A stretch of 64,000 bases of DNA, from assembly GCA_028715985.1 (NCBI GenBank), contig JAQUQR010000004.1, positions 73,223 to 137,222 on the forward strand. Direction: 5' to 3'. Numbering within the stretch: the first letter of the stretch is position 1; every line of letters begins with the position of its first letter. The position numbers and the translations under genes were made by a program. The notes under the pieces were generated by a model. It had not been told where the DNA came from, made no database searches, and saw only the letters and a program-made list of their open reading frames with translations. This DNA comes from Methanocellales archaeon. Lineage in GTDB: Archaea > Halobacteriota > UBA148. Positions 1-10,957 of the stretch are shown here, one piece after another.

Positions 1-638
1 CGGACAGGATGACCATGTGCAACATGGCGATAGAGATGGGAGCCACTACAGGCATCGTTGAACCAGATGCAAAAACGGAGGCATATGTTAGAGAGCGCAT
101 TCCAGGTTTCACTCTCAAAGAGCCTTTGAGGAGCGATGAGGATGCAGCCTATGAACTCCGGGAGTATGACGTCTCAGATCTGGGACCGCAGGTTGCCTGC
201 CCTCACGGCGTGGATAACGTCAAGAGCGTGAGCGATGTAGAGGGAATCAAGGTAGATCAGGTGTTCATAGGCTCTTGCACAAATGGAAGATTTGAGGATA
301 TGCGGATCGCTGCAAATATCCTGGGAGATCGTTCTATAGCTGAGGGGACCAGGTTGCTCATCATTCCCGCCTCCAGGGAGGAGTATGTCAAGACGCTGAA
401 AGCAGGCTACATCGAGCGATTTATCGATGCAGGCGCGATTGTGGAGGCGCCATGCTGCGGTCCATGCATGGGCGGATTATTTGGGATATTGGGTGATGGG
501 GAGCGTTGCCTCTCAACTTCCAACAGAAATTTTAGAGGCAGGATGGGGAGTGCGAATGCAGAGATATATCTGGGCTCCCCCGCTACCGCCATTGCTTCAG
601 CCATCAAAGGAAGGATTACCGATCCGAGGTCAGTCTAA
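1..638 (+). CDS. 3-isopropylmalate dehydratase / homoaconitase family large subunit, 5'-truncated by the window edge
   Basis: Motifs [28 protein letters not shown] and [12 protein letters not shown] are typical of LeuC/HacA. The paralog (leuC, hacA or dmdA) cannot be resolved. Confidence 0.92.
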   Translation, partial: DRMTMCNMAIEMGATTGIVEPDAKTEAYVRERIPGFTLKEPLRSDEDAAYELREYDVSDLGPQVACPHGVDNVKSVSDVEGIKVDQVFIGSCTNGRFEDMRIAANILGDRSIAEGTRLLIIPASREEYVKTLKAGYIERFIDAGAIVEAPCCGPCMGGLFGILGDGERCLSTSNRNFRGRMGSANAEIYLGSPATAIASAIKGRITDPRSV

Positions 639-1403
639 ATCTTTTTAGAAAAAAGCGATTTTATCTAGGGCATTAAATTTTGAAGGTATCTAAATCAGTA
701 GGACCTCCATTTGAATACTCTCTGAAATTGCCCCTCTAAAACGTGAGAATTTTAGTGAAAAAGCTAAATTAAGGAAGTGTAAAGGCCTTTAAAGGGCTAA
801 TTTAACTCATATAAAAGTTTTAATTCTTGGAATATCCCCAGCTTGATCTCAATGCGTTTTATTTTTCTTTTTTTGGCAGGGCAAATATGCGATTTGTGAG
901 CTGGCTTGTAAGTCTTATTTAACATTGAATTTGACTTAAAGTTTGATCCTTTCAGGATTCGTTTTAGACTTTATTTAGTATAGTATGAGACATACATATC
1001 TATCCATGATGCTTTTTTATCCATCCCATCTGTTCTTTTGATGCTCTGGAACAATCTTCTTGGAAAGAAAATTGTGAGTGCATTCTCTTGTGATTCCAGT
1101 CTCTCATCATGATTTTTATGTTAAATGGATTGCGCCTCTGAGCACTTATTACTAAAAAATGTCTCTGACAACCATTTGAAGAATTTGTAACTGTATCTGG
1201 CTCCTACCATCTTTCCAATCTAACACGGTTAAAGCCTCGCCTGTTATGTCTTGATAGAGGACTTTTAGGGTTTTTTGGTAAAGCTGGCAGGATTTTATTT
1301 GAAGACGGATATAACGCAACGCCATCCCAGGAAAGGTAAATTAGATACTTATCAATCTCCTTATCAATCGACTCAATCGACTTTTTCGACCAATAGCGAT
1401 ATG

Positions 1404-1416
1404 TTTATATATAGTA
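1404..1416 (+). promoter_or_regulatory. TATA-box-like element TTTATATATAGTA (upstream copy)
   Basis: The same 13-mer occurs at 1675-1687 and a near copy at 8404-8417. It is preceded by CAATCGACT direct repeats. Confidence 0.5.
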
Positions 1417-1667
1417 CACTCATAAGGGCATCTTGAAGAGTATATTCTCTTTGAGGGGATAGGGAGGTCATTATAGGGTGGCTAAAACTCAATTTTATAT
1501 GTTGGTTCAGGGTACTATTTATGGGTCTATTGATCTAGGACCGAAAATCTAACGTAGGGATTTGCTATCATATTATATAATATGATGAAATAGGGGAATT
1601 AAAAAATATTTGGGAGGAATATGATAGAAGATTTACGCAAGTCAAAGGCTCAAAAGTTGGGTTTAGG

Positions 1668-1687
1668 AGAAAAATTTATATATAGTA
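1668..1687 (+). promoter_or_regulatory. BRE/TATA promoter of the large surface protein gene
   Basis: Purine-rich AGAAAAA is followed by TTTATATATAGTA, about 60 bp upstream of the start at 1744. Confidence 0.6.
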
Positions 1688-1743
1688 GCAGATTCATTCT
1701 GTATTTAGTTTTAGCTAAACTGAGGTTAAACTAAGAGGGAAAA

Positions 1744-4700
1744 ATGAAGGGGGAAAAAATGAATAGTAGTAAACCTTTTAAAAATAGCGTTGACAGAAAA
1801 AAGATAACCTCGATAATATTAACAGCGATAATGTTGCTTTCGATATTTTCAGGCATCAGCGCTTCTGTAGCTGGGAATAACAACAACCGTGTTGGCAATA
1901 ACGTTGCTAGTCCGATGGAAGATGAAGGCGTGGGTGCAATGGCAGTCGGTAGCCTTGCAGCTAGCTTACATACATCATCTCCTTCTGCAAATATCGCCAA
2001 CTCGAGTGCTAACTTTACTAATGTCTTTTGGATTCGTTTTACCGCATCAGGTGAAAGTTCGAATATAACAAACATTACAATCACAGAGGCAGGAACGATT
2101 CACGGTACGAGTGAAATAATTGGAGTAGGCGTTAACGATACCGGTGGAACTGTGCTTGCTAAAAGCACTTTTTCTGCTGATAATGGAACGGCTACGCTTA
2201 CCATACCGGGTGGCTTCGAAGTGCCGGTTGGCACGCTGAAAGACCTCTACTTGTGGGTCAACACGACCGGATTTCCGCTTGGGCGTACGATAAAGCTGAC
2301 ATTAACGTCGTTCAATGCAACGGGTCTTGCTTCCGGACAAGCTGTTACAACGTCAGGAGTACCGCTTTCATCGAATGAAATAGCAGGTACTGGAAGGTTA
2401 ACGGCGGCAAACGGTCCAAGTGATGTTGCATCCCGCACCGTTAATGCAGGGGCAAACACAACTGGAATCGTGCTGGCGCAACTCAACTTCAGTGCAGAAA
2501 TCGAAGGATGCACGCTGAATACTGTTATGCTTACGGAAAATGGAACTGCAAACGGTACACAAGATTTCTCTGCTATTTATCTGGTGAATGATACCGATTC
2601 GGATGGCGTTTGGGATTCAAATGAGCCAATAGTAGGGACTACTGTGACTACGTTTTCCAAAGATAATGGCAGCGCAACCATAAGTGGAATTAGTAAAGCG
2701 ATACCGCTCAATGGCTGGTTAAATCTGCTGGTTGTGGTAAACACCACGAACCAGTTCTGGTCCGGTAACACTCTCAAGGTTAACATAACCAATGCGACGG
2801 ACTTCACCGCAACTGGTGCTACTTCGGGAGCAGCAACGGGCACATATGGAACCCCCTCATCGAATACAGCGACAGGGCAGGCAATGATTCAGGTGGCGGC
2901 AGGCGCCAAGCAGCCGTATCTCTCTTATGTGCTGGAAGGTCAAAGAGCATTGGTCGAGAGTGCACAGTTGAACTTCACTGCCATTGCAGGTCAGGTGAAC
3001 ATCACGCAAATTACGCTTGAGCAGTCGACGGTAACCAATTGGACCTATGCGGCCGCTGATACATTCCCCAAAGTCTACATAGATGTGGACGAGGATGGCA
3101 ATGTCACTGCTTTGGATACGCCATTAAACCTAACTGCGCTTAACTTTAAGACTAATAATGTGACTTTGGCGAGCTACGACACTACAATATCGGGCAATTT
3201 CTCAGATTATGCTAAACTAGCGAATGGTACGTTCCCGTATATACACATAGTAACTTTGACTAATGACACAATGGTTACAGCTTCATACCCAGAGTGGTGG
3301 TATAACATCAGCATTACCTACGTCAATAGTACTCATGCTACTGGTCAAACCAATACGACTTGGTCCAATATTACAAACGTCACAGTGGTCGATGCTGCAA
3401 ATGATACCTGGTGGCCTCTTGATATAGGCGCTAGTGAAATAGTGAGAGACATTACAGACATATCGTTCGTTACAGCTCACAATGTATCAGCTGTTGACAT
3501 CGACATCGTCGCAGGTTCACAAGTGATAGACGTTGTCTTGGATAGCAATCTAACAATTGGAAGCGTCAGTGAGACCACTGCAGGACAGGCATCGAAAATC
3601 ATCATAATAGCGGTGAATACAACTTCTGCATGGACTTCGGGCAACTATACGAAAGCATTACCCAATACGATTACAAAATACGGCAACTTCAGTAATTACG
3701 TTGCCTATGATGACACAACCGGGCAGATGACGAGGATATACCAGAACAATGACCCACTAAATACATCCATGAAGCAACTTAGTGCAGCAGTCGTTGGTGC
3801 AGTGTCCAATCCAGAGTTTAAGGTTCAGCTGGGAGCGAACACACCTACTTCCAATGTTGGCAAGAGCACCAATCTGGCTCCTGTGATGCAGTTGAGCTTC
3901 TCATATGGCGGCGTTGTAGGGGCTGATTTGGACTCAAAAGTATACCTGAGGGAATTAATCATTTCAACCAACGGCACGATCAACGAATCAAACAACGTCA
4001 CAGCATGTCTCGTTGTTGACACCAATGGCGATGGGGCAGTGAGTGCCGGTGAAACGATAGTAGCCAGTGTACTTTACTCAACCAATAATCAAACAATCAA
4101 GTTCACGCTCGCCACTCCGATCGAGATAATGCTCAACAATAAAGGCAATATGACATCAGAAGCTCTCATAGCCTACAAGCATTTGCTGATAGCATTCAAC
4201 ACATCTTCGAACATAGTTCTCGGTGAGACGATCAGACTCTACATGGACAACTCGTCCGTAGATTACATCGCCGATACAGGAACCAGCATGGTTGTAAACC
4301 AGACAAGTGCACAACTAATTGGGAACGCGCTAACAGCAGCAGGCTCAATAACAGCAACAAACACAAATGCGGTCACTGCTGGAACGGTTTCATCCGTGGT
4401 TGACGAGACCTACGTAGAACTAATACAGTTGAAGTTTACGGCAAGCAGCACTGAGGCTGTGAACATCACGAGCATAAATGTAACGTGGAACGGCACTGGC
4501 AATGGTTACGAGAAGACAAGCGGAATAGGGGTAATCAACGATACAGATATGGACGGTGTATGGGACATAACAGATACGGAACCGATGTTGAATAAAACGA
4601 CAATTGGAACTAATAACTTAGCATTCCTTAACGTGTCCTATGACAACCACAACATCACCGTTCCAGCAGGCGGGTCTGCCTATGTCTTGATATACGTGAA

Positions 4701-7359
4701 CACGACTGCTACTAGCATAAACACAAGTGATAAGATCGCATTGAACATAACGGCAGCGCCATACCTCAATTATAGCGCTGAGGGGAACGCCTCTAAGGTG
4801 ATCATCGCAGACCTCCAGACGACAACAATCTCTTCGGCAACGATGACTGCGGCTTGGACAGGAAGCATTAGCGCTGCAGGATACAACCTGACCGACAAGA
4901 CATGGGTCGAGGGTGCTCAGACGAACTTCCCAGTGTTGGCATTGAACTTCACAGCAACCAATGAAACGGCAAATATCACTTCGATGGTCCTAAGTGCATC
5001 TGGAACCGCCAATGAATCTGGCAATGTAACGCTAAAGCTGGTAGAGGATGTTGCACCGTTTGGCTCTTACGAGAGCGAGACGATATTAGCTACTGCAACT
5101 TTCACGGCTGACAATGGGGCGGTAACATTAACGCCGTCATCCCAGATTCAGGTGGTCGGTGGAAGCTACACGAAGGTACTTGTGGTCGCAGACATCACCG
5201 CAAAGGTTGAGGCAGGTACAAGCCTGGTGACTTCTTTGCTGGACCCATCTGTGCATTACAATGCGGTAGGTTACTACTCCGGAGCGAGAATCCAGGATGC
5301 AAGCACAACGGCGGTTTCAAACACGACATGGTCAACAGGAAACATTACGGTCCTCGTTGGAGCGAACAATACCATCACTGGACCGGTGGACGCACTGAAT
5401 AACACCTATGTTGAAGTAATGCAGTTGAACTTCTCGGCAACGTTCGGGATGGAAAACGTGAACATCACGGGAATCAACCTGACCGCAATGGGTACGGATC
5501 CATACAACGACACATGGGGAGTTGGACTCATCAACGATACAAATGCCAATGGTCTGATTGATGCCGGTGAAGCAGTAATTGGAAATGGCACATTCGATGT
5601 AAACGGCACGGCAGTAATCAATTTCGACTTTGTAGAGTATTGGAATCTGACGGTCAATGGCTCGGCTGTGCAAGAATGGGCAAATCAAACGTTCAACAAC
5701 ACGATCGTTTACGTGAATACGAGCAGCAACTTCAATGCCAGCGACTGGCTGCAGTTGAGACTGGAGAGCTACAACGCGACGGGCGTTACTTCCGGTCAAT
5801 CGTTAACCGCTTTCGGTACGACGATAACGTCCAACAAGCTCACCGGAACAGGGAACGTGACCGCTATGGATGGAGCCAGTGATGTGCTTAATGAAACAGT
5901 TATAAAGTCTGGTGTGAACACCAGCGTAGTGGTCTGGCAACTAAAACTCACGGCAGGAGCGGCTGAGAACATCACCATAACCAGCATAGACATATCAGAA
6001 AACGGAACCGCCAATGCGGCAACAGATATTGCAAGCATCTACCTGGTGAACGATACAAATGCGAATGGACTATGGAACACGACAGCAGGTGACAGCGGTA
6101 TCATTTCGAACGCAGGAACATTCACCGCCGATGATGGTACAGTAACGCTGACGCTGACTGCAAACAACACGGTACTTGCAGGGAATTCTGTTAATTACCT
6201 GCTGGTTGTGAACACAGCATCCACGTTCTACGAGGGAGAAACACTGTCGTTCTTCATTAACAGGTCAGCTCCAAACGGAGAGCCAACAAGAGTACAGGGA
6301 ATGATTGCAACCGGTGCAACTTCGGAAACAACCGTTTACAACAACTTCACATTCAGTCCAGCTTCGAACAAAACAATTGGGTCTGCCTGCATTGACGTCT
6401 ACGACACGACACAGACAACAGTAGCAATATATAACCAAACTGCCACCAACAAAGAGGTTCTCAGGGTGAACTTCAGTGCACCACAGGGAGCAGTGAACAT
6501 AACGAACATAACGCTGAGGGAGAACGGATCTGCACTGGTAGCACCTGGCGGAGGCATTCAGAATGTCAGTGTTTGGTACAATGGCGTGTGTTACAATAGC
6601 ACCTTGGCCAGTTTGTGGTCAGAGAACGGAACACTCCGCATAGAGACGGTGGGCATGGTCGTTAATGGCACGACCAACGAGGTTACGATAAAAGTGAACA
6701 CGACATCCGCTCTTGCAACTGGCCAGACAATAAACTTCGAACTCAACAGGACGTTAGGCAACGGATACAACGCATCGGGCAATGTTTCATTGAATATTAC
6801 CTCCAGTCAGACAGGCAACATAAGCAACCTGATTACGGTGCAGGGTGCACCATCAGGCGAGATATCCTTGAAGGCAGGTTGGAACTTCATTTCCGTGCCG
6901 AAGAAGCAGGATACCACCAAGGATACCTTTGGAGAGTTACTCGCTGGATGGACGACATGGACTGCATATTCATACAATGCAGCTACGAGTAGTTGGACAT
7001 CGTTGACTGCGAGCAGTTCAATCAATGACGATGTGTTAGCCGGTTACTGGGTCTACGTTGATACTGCGGGAACAGTCTATCTGTCTTACAAAGACGCAAG
7101 TTATTTACCACCACCAAGCAAAGCGCTTACAGGCAATGCATGGAATGCGATAGGCTTCTCGAACACTACTGCTCAGACTGCTGAGAATACATTGAAATCA
7201 GTGGATGGTTCGTGGAGCACAGTGATTGGATGGGATGCAACAAGCCAGAGCTATCAGGATGCAATCATCGAGGGTGACTTGACATCAACCATGAATCCCT
7301 TCCAGGGTTACTGGGTATGGATGACACAGGACGACACACTATCCGCAATAAGTGCCTAG
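1744..7359 (+). CDS. Giant secreted S-layer-like glycoprotein (1871 aa): about 9 beta-sandwich repeats plus a paired C-terminal GWNxISxP...GYWV module (C')
   Basis: N-terminal signal peptide; recurring QLNF.A..E..NIT.I.L...GT motif; DxDxDG-like Ca-binding loops; many N-X-S/T sequons; C-terminal tandem LKAGWNFISVP...GYWV and GNAWNAIGF...GYWV; no TM anchor. Confidence 0.8.
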   Translation: MKGEKMNSSKPFKNSVDRKKITSIILTAIMLLSIFSGISASVAGNNNNRVGNNVASPMEDEGVGAMAVGSLAASLHTSSPSANIANSSANFTNVFWIRFTASGESSNITNITITEAGTIHGTSEIIGVGVNDTGGTVLAKSTFSADNGTATLTIPGGFEVPVGTLKDLYLWVNTTGFPLGRTIKLTLTSFNATGLASGQAVTTSGVPLSSNEIAGTGRLTAANGPSDVASRTVNAGANTTGIVLAQLNFSAEIEGCTLNTVMLTENGTANGTQDFSAIYLVNDTDSDGVWDSNEPIVGTTVTTFSKDNGSATISGISKAIPLNGWLNLLVVVNTTNQFWSGNTLKVNITNATDFTATGATSGAATGTYGTPSSNTATGQAMIQVAAGAKQPYLSYVLEGQRALVESAQLNFTAIAGQVNITQITLEQSTVTNWTYAAADTFPKVYIDVDEDGNVTALDTPLNLTALNFKTNNVTLASYDTTISGNFSDYAKLANGTFPYIHIVTLTNDTMVTASYPEWWYNISITYVNSTHATGQTNTTWSNITNVTVVDAANDTWWPLDIGASEIVRDITDISFVTAHNVSAVDIDIVAGSQVIDVVLDSNLTIGSVSETTAGQASKIIIIAVNTTSAWTSGNYTKALPNTITKYGNFSNYVAYDDTTGQMTRIYQNNDPLNTSMKQLSAAVVGAVSNPEFKVQLGANTPTSNVGKSTNLAPVMQLSFSYGGVVGADLDSKVYLRELIISTNGTINESNNVTACLVVDTNGDGAVSAGETIVASVLYSTNNQTIKFTLATPIEIMLNNKGNMTSEALIAYKHLLIAFNTSSNIVLGETIRLYMDNSSVDYIADTGTSMVVNQTSAQLIGNALTAAGSITATNTNAVTAGTVSSVVDETYVELIQLKFTASSTEAVNITSINVTWNGTGNGYEKTSGIGVINDTDMDGVWDITDTEPMLNKTTIGTNNLAFLNVSYDNHNITVPAGGSAYVLIYVNTTATSINTSDKIALNITAAPYLNYSAEGNASKVIIADLQTTTISSATMTAAWTGSISAAGYNLTDKTWVEGAQTNFPVLALNFTATNETANITSMVLSASGTANESGNVTLKLVEDVAPFGSYESETILATATFTADNGAVTLTPSSQIQVVGGSYTKVLVVADITAKVEAGTSLVTSLLDPSVHYNAVGYYSGARIQDASTTAVSNTTWSTGNITVLVGANNTITGPVDALNNTYVEVMQLNFSATFGMENVNITGINLTAMGTDPYNDTWGVGLINDTNANGLIDAGEAVIGNGTFDVNGTAVINFDFVEYWNLTVNGSAVQEWANQTFNNTIVYVNTSSNFNASDWLQLRLESYNATGVTSGQSLTAFGTTITSNKLTGTGNVTAMDGASDVLNETVIKSGVNTSVVVWQLKLTAGAAENITITSIDISENGTANAATDIASIYLVNDTNANGLWNTTAGDSGIISNAGTFTADDGTVTLTLTANNTVLAGNSVNYLLVVNTASTFYEGETLSFFINRSAPNGEPTRVQGMIATGATSETTVYNNFTFSPASNKTIGSACIDVYDTTQTTVAIYNQTATNKEVLRVNFSAPQGAVNITNITLRENGSALVAPGGGIQNVSVWYNGVCYNSTLASLWSENGTLRIETVGMVVNGTTNEVTIKVNTTSALATGQTINFELNRTLGNGYNASGNVSLNITSSQTGNISNLITVQGAPSGEISLKAGWNFISVPKKQDTTKDTFGELLAGWTTWTAYSYNAATSSWTSLTASSSINDDVLAGYWVYVDTAGTVYLSYKDASYLPPPSKALTGNAWNAIGFSNTTAQTAENTLKSVDGSWSTVIGWDATSQSYQDAIIEGDLTSTMNPFQGYWVWMTQDDTLSAISA

Positions 7360-7391
7360 TCAAAGCGCAACACAACAACAAAAAACAAAGA

Positions 7392-7430
7392 TAGGGAGAA
7401 TCAATCTCCCTAACATCTTTTTTTATTTTT
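7392..7430 (+). terminator. Hairpin plus T-tract terminator
   Basis: TAGGGAGA-ATCAA-TCTCCCTA stem-loop followed by a long T run just after the 7359 stop. Confidence 0.7.
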
Positions 7431-7554
7431 ATTTTCTTTTAATTTCATTTTTTCATTGTTGATAAATACCAGTAGTTGATGGGAATGGCAAGAAAAACAA
7501 AAATTTATATTGTATATGGTAGTAAGTAAAGCGGAAAATACAATAAAATAAAAG

Positions 7555-8367
7555 ATGGATGTGAGGATGAAGGGCTATAATAAAAAACAGCTGTTGTATG
7601 CTATCTTGATCGTCTCTTTTTTGATGCTATTTTCGACTGTCGTGGTAGAAGCACAAGCACCAGTATTACCCTGTAGTTTTTATGGCAACGTTACCATCGA
7701 TGGGAAGCCTGCGCCCATAGGGACCGAGATCACAGCGAAAATGGATAATAAAACCTGTGGAAATATGACTGTAAGAGAAGAAGGTAAATATGGGGAATCA
7801 GCTGGGGAAAAATTAAGTGTGACCGGAAATATAGCGGACGAAAACAAGATAATTTCGTTCTACGTGGACGGAGATGAGGCGGAGGAAAAAGCTACATGGC
7901 AAATTGGAGGAGTTAACCGTCTGGATCTTAGCGTTAAGAAATCGAACATACAGACCCCTTCAAGTCCACCCTCTAGTGGTAGCGGGGGGATAAGTCCAAC
8001 CACGCCTGCACCAACGCCATCGTCCACTCTGGTTCCTGCGCCAACTCCAACCCCTACACCAACTTCTACTCCAACACCAACGCCTACCCCAACACCAGCA
8101 CCAACACCAGCACCAACTTCAACACCCCTACCAACACCAGCTCCTACACCAACATCAACTCCCACTCAAATGCCAACAACTACACCGACTCCCGCTCCTG
8201 TTTCTACTCCAAGACTATCGCTCATATCTGAGAGACCATCCTCTGAGAAGCCATCGAATGCCTTTGACTTAAATTCAGAGAAAATTATGCTAGTCTTTGG
8301 TATAATTTTGGTTGTATCAGCTTTGGTTGCATTAATGTTATATCGACGCAAAGGCGAGAAACTTTAG
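7555..8367 (+). CDS. Membrane-anchored surface protein: module A, Pro/Thr linker, C-terminal TM helix
   Basis: Signal peptide; [16 protein letters not shown] domain; PT repeats; hydrophobic helix followed by RRK. Confidence 0.8.
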   Translation: MDVRMKGYNKKQLLYAILIVSFLMLFSTVVVEAQAPVLPCSFYGNVTIDGKPAPIGTEITAKMDNKTCGNMTVREEGKYGESAGEKLSVTGNIADENKIISFYVDGDEAEEKATWQIGGVNRLDLSVKKSNIQTPSSPPSSGSGGISPTTPAPTPSSTLVPAPTPTPTPTSTPTPTPTPTPAPTPAPTSTPLPTPAPTPTSTPTQMPTTTPTPAPVSTPRLSLISERPSSEKPSNAFDLNSEKIMLVFGIILVVSALVALMLYRRKGEKL

Positions 8368-8463
8368 AGATACGAACTGCATTTGTCTATTAAACCAAAA
8401 AGCTTTATTATATAGTAAGAAGTTTAATAAATAGTAAAGTCCAATACCTGAAGGGGCGTAAAG

Positions 8464-10842
8464 ATGAGGCAAATAAGGGGAGATTTAATAAGAAAGTCGA
8501 CTTCGATCGGCGTCATTGGAATGCTTATACTTTCGATGTTAACTATGATGGCAGTGCCATCAGTATCGGGAGTTGACGTCTTTCTACCTGCTAGTTTTTA
8601 TGGAGACGTAACTGTGAATGGGGAACCCGCACCCGTTAATACAGTGGTTACAGGAAGAATAGTTGATGCCGTAGGATCACCTGGTCAGGGTAACATAACG
8701 GTAACCGAAGCAGGCAAATATGGCGTGGCTGCTGGTGAGAAATTAGGTGTTTCAACTGATAACGAAAATGATAACGAAAAAACGATAGAATTCTACATAA
8801 AACTTCCTTCCGGGTCGGAAGGCAAAGCGGATCAAACCGCGACTTTTTCCATTGGTGGTATTACCAAATTGAATTTAACCGCTACGGTGGTAATAGGGAC
8901 GCCACCAACCATAACATCCTATTCACCTACCGATACCACACCGAATGATTACGAGGCTGCGACAAGAACGTTCTCGGTCACCGTTGATCAGCCGACAACA
9001 GTGGCATGGAGTATAAATGGAACCGTGGTCGAAACAGATGCAGGCGTACCTGCTTCTACAGCCGCCAGTTATACGAATGGGAGTGCTGTCGAAGGTTATT
9101 GGTCAGTTTCTGCGGTTGCAACGAACGTTACCTCAGGGTTGTCTGATACACAGACTTGGGAGTGGATGGTGGAGGACATAACGCCACCGGCAAAGGTAAC
9201 TGGATTGACAAGTGACACACCCACTCTTACCACCGTTAACCTTACGTGGGATGCAAGTACAGCCTCAGACTTTTTAAAATATAGCGTGTACAAGAATGGG
9301 GCACTATTGGACAATACCACAAATACATATTATAATGTAACTGGTTTGGAGGCCAGCACAACTTACTACTTTAACGTTTCCGCATGGGATGATAGCGACA
9401 ATGAAGGAGAATTGAGCGCTGGTGTTACCATAACGACGGCTTCCTACCCTGCACCAATTATTGTGGGTTATAACAACGTAACAGGCAGTTCACTCAGTAT
9501 AACGGTTAACGAAATGGAAGCAATACGGTTCAATGCAACTGCCGATCAAGCTATTACCACTTGGAATTGGTTCAGGGATGGGGTAAATCAGATTTGGAAT
9601 TACGATAGCTTTGAAACGTGCTGGAGCGTTAACGGAACCTACAGCGTTGCCGTGAATGCTACCAATGCAAATGGCACATCGAACACGGTTACATGGACGA
9701 TCGTGGTGAATGACATAACTTCGCCAGCGATGGTGACGGGATTAACGAATGGCACGCCAAGTTCCACTGGGGTTGATTTGTGGTGGACAGCAAACACAGA
9801 AGCGGACCTCGTCGGATACAGGGTATATCAGGACGGTTTGTTACTTGTAACCACTGCTAACGCCTACTACAGCGTAACCGGATTATCGCCAGCCACGACA
9901 TATACATTCAACGTTTCGGCATATGATGACAATGCTTTGGAAGGCGAGAACGCAACCATAAGTGTGACCACATCGCTCTATTCGGCACCAACGATCACTT
10001 CCTACACCATATCTAATCGCACCATTGCACCGCCGCAGACCACTGATATAGATGTGGCATTTTCGGAAGTGGTGGAAGCCTGGATACAAATCGAGGATTC
10101 AAACCACAACCTTGTGAAGGAATTGTATCACAGCTCCAGCGTAACCAATCCGACCGCTAAGACTTGGGATGGGACCTACACGAATGCAACCGTTGTTCCA
10201 GATGGCACCTATTACGTAAACGTTACGGGAATAAACGCAACAACTGGCTTGAGCGTGGTTGACAATACGCAGAGTATCGTGGTGGCATCTGAGGTAACCA
10301 TTCAGTACAACCTCGTCAAGAATCCCGGAAGCACGGGCAAGAACTGGATCAGCATACCGCTCACCACAAACATCACAACCGCATCCCAACTGATGTCTGT
10401 AATAGGGTCCAACTGCGATGCAGTCAACCGATGGAATCCTGTTACCCAGAAACCAGAAGGCTGGATCTCACTGATGGGCGGCATGGGCACTAACTTTGCA
10501 ATAGTGCCTGGCGAAGGCTACGAGGTATCGGTTACTGCGAATACGACCTTCAGCGTGACAGGTGCACCTGCAACCATCAGCCAGATTGACCTCGTCAAGA
10601 AACCCGGAAGCACGGGCAAGAACTGGATCGGTTTGCCCTACGACACCACGCTTACGTCTGCATCTACGGTGATGAGTTCAATAGGATCCAACTGCGATGC
10701 AGTCAACCGATGGAACCCTGTTACTCAGAAACCAGAAGGCTGGATCTCACTGATGGGCGGCATGGGCACTAACTTTGCCATCGTAACGGGCAGGGGATAC
10801 GAGGTATCGGTCACAGGCAATGTGACCTGGACACCTGTTTGA
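8464..10842 (+). CDS. Secreted multidomain protein: module A, Ig-like and two FN3 domains, FlgD-like Ig domain, two C modules
   Basis: PASFYGDVTVNGEPAP (homologous to 7555); FN3 motifs VNLTW...YNVTGLEASTTYYFNVSA; TWDGT...VPDGTYYV; tandem KNWIxxP...NRWNPVTQKPEGW...GYEVSV modules. Confidence 0.8.
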   Translation: MRQIRGDLIRKSTSIGVIGMLILSMLTMMAVPSVSGVDVFLPASFYGDVTVNGEPAPVNTVVTGRIVDAVGSPGQGNITVTEAGKYGVAAGEKLGVSTDNENDNEKTIEFYIKLPSGSEGKADQTATFSIGGITKLNLTATVVIGTPPTITSYSPTDTTPNDYEAATRTFSVTVDQPTTVAWSINGTVVETDAGVPASTAASYTNGSAVEGYWSVSAVATNVTSGLSDTQTWEWMVEDITPPAKVTGLTSDTPTLTTVNLTWDASTASDFLKYSVYKNGALLDNTTNTYYNVTGLEASTTYYFNVSAWDDSDNEGELSAGVTITTASYPAPIIVGYNNVTGSSLSITVNEMEAIRFNATADQAITTWNWFRDGVNQIWNYDSFETCWSVNGTYSVAVNATNANGTSNTVTWTIVVNDITSPAMVTGLTNGTPSSTGVDLWWTANTEADLVGYRVYQDGLLLVTTANAYYSVTGLSPATTYTFNVSAYDDNALEGENATISVTTSLYSAPTITSYTISNRTIAPPQTTDIDVAFSEVVEAWIQIEDSNHNLVKELYHSSSVTNPTAKTWDGTYTNATVVPDGTYYVNVTGINATTGLSVVDNTQSIVVASEVTIQYNLVKNPGSTGKNWISIPLTTNITTASQLMSVIGSNCDAVNRWNPVTQKPEGWISLMGGMGTNFAIVPGEGYEVSVTANTTFSVTGAPATISQIDLVKKPGSTGKNWIGLPYDTTLTSASTVMSSIGSNCDAVNRWNPVTQKPEGWISLMGGMGTNFAIVTGRGYEVSVTGNVTWTPV

Positions 10843-10844
10843 AT

Positions 10845-10885
10845 TGAATGCACTGATGGTGCATTCATTCCTCCCTTTTTATTTT
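10845..10885 (+). terminator. Hairpin plus T-tract
   Basis: TGAATGCAC-TGATG-GTGCATTCA perfect 9-bp stem followed by a T-rich run after the 10842 stop. Confidence 0.6.
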
Positions 10886-10957
10886 CATTTACGGGCTGGC
10901 ACATCGGATAAAATAAAGTAGGGAAGGCATAATCACAAAATGGTGAGGTGAGAGGAA

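Noticed and set aside
640..1360. Long AT-rich spacer as a transposase pseudogene
   Set aside because: It has only short stop-interrupted minus-strand frames with no recognisable motif or TIRs.
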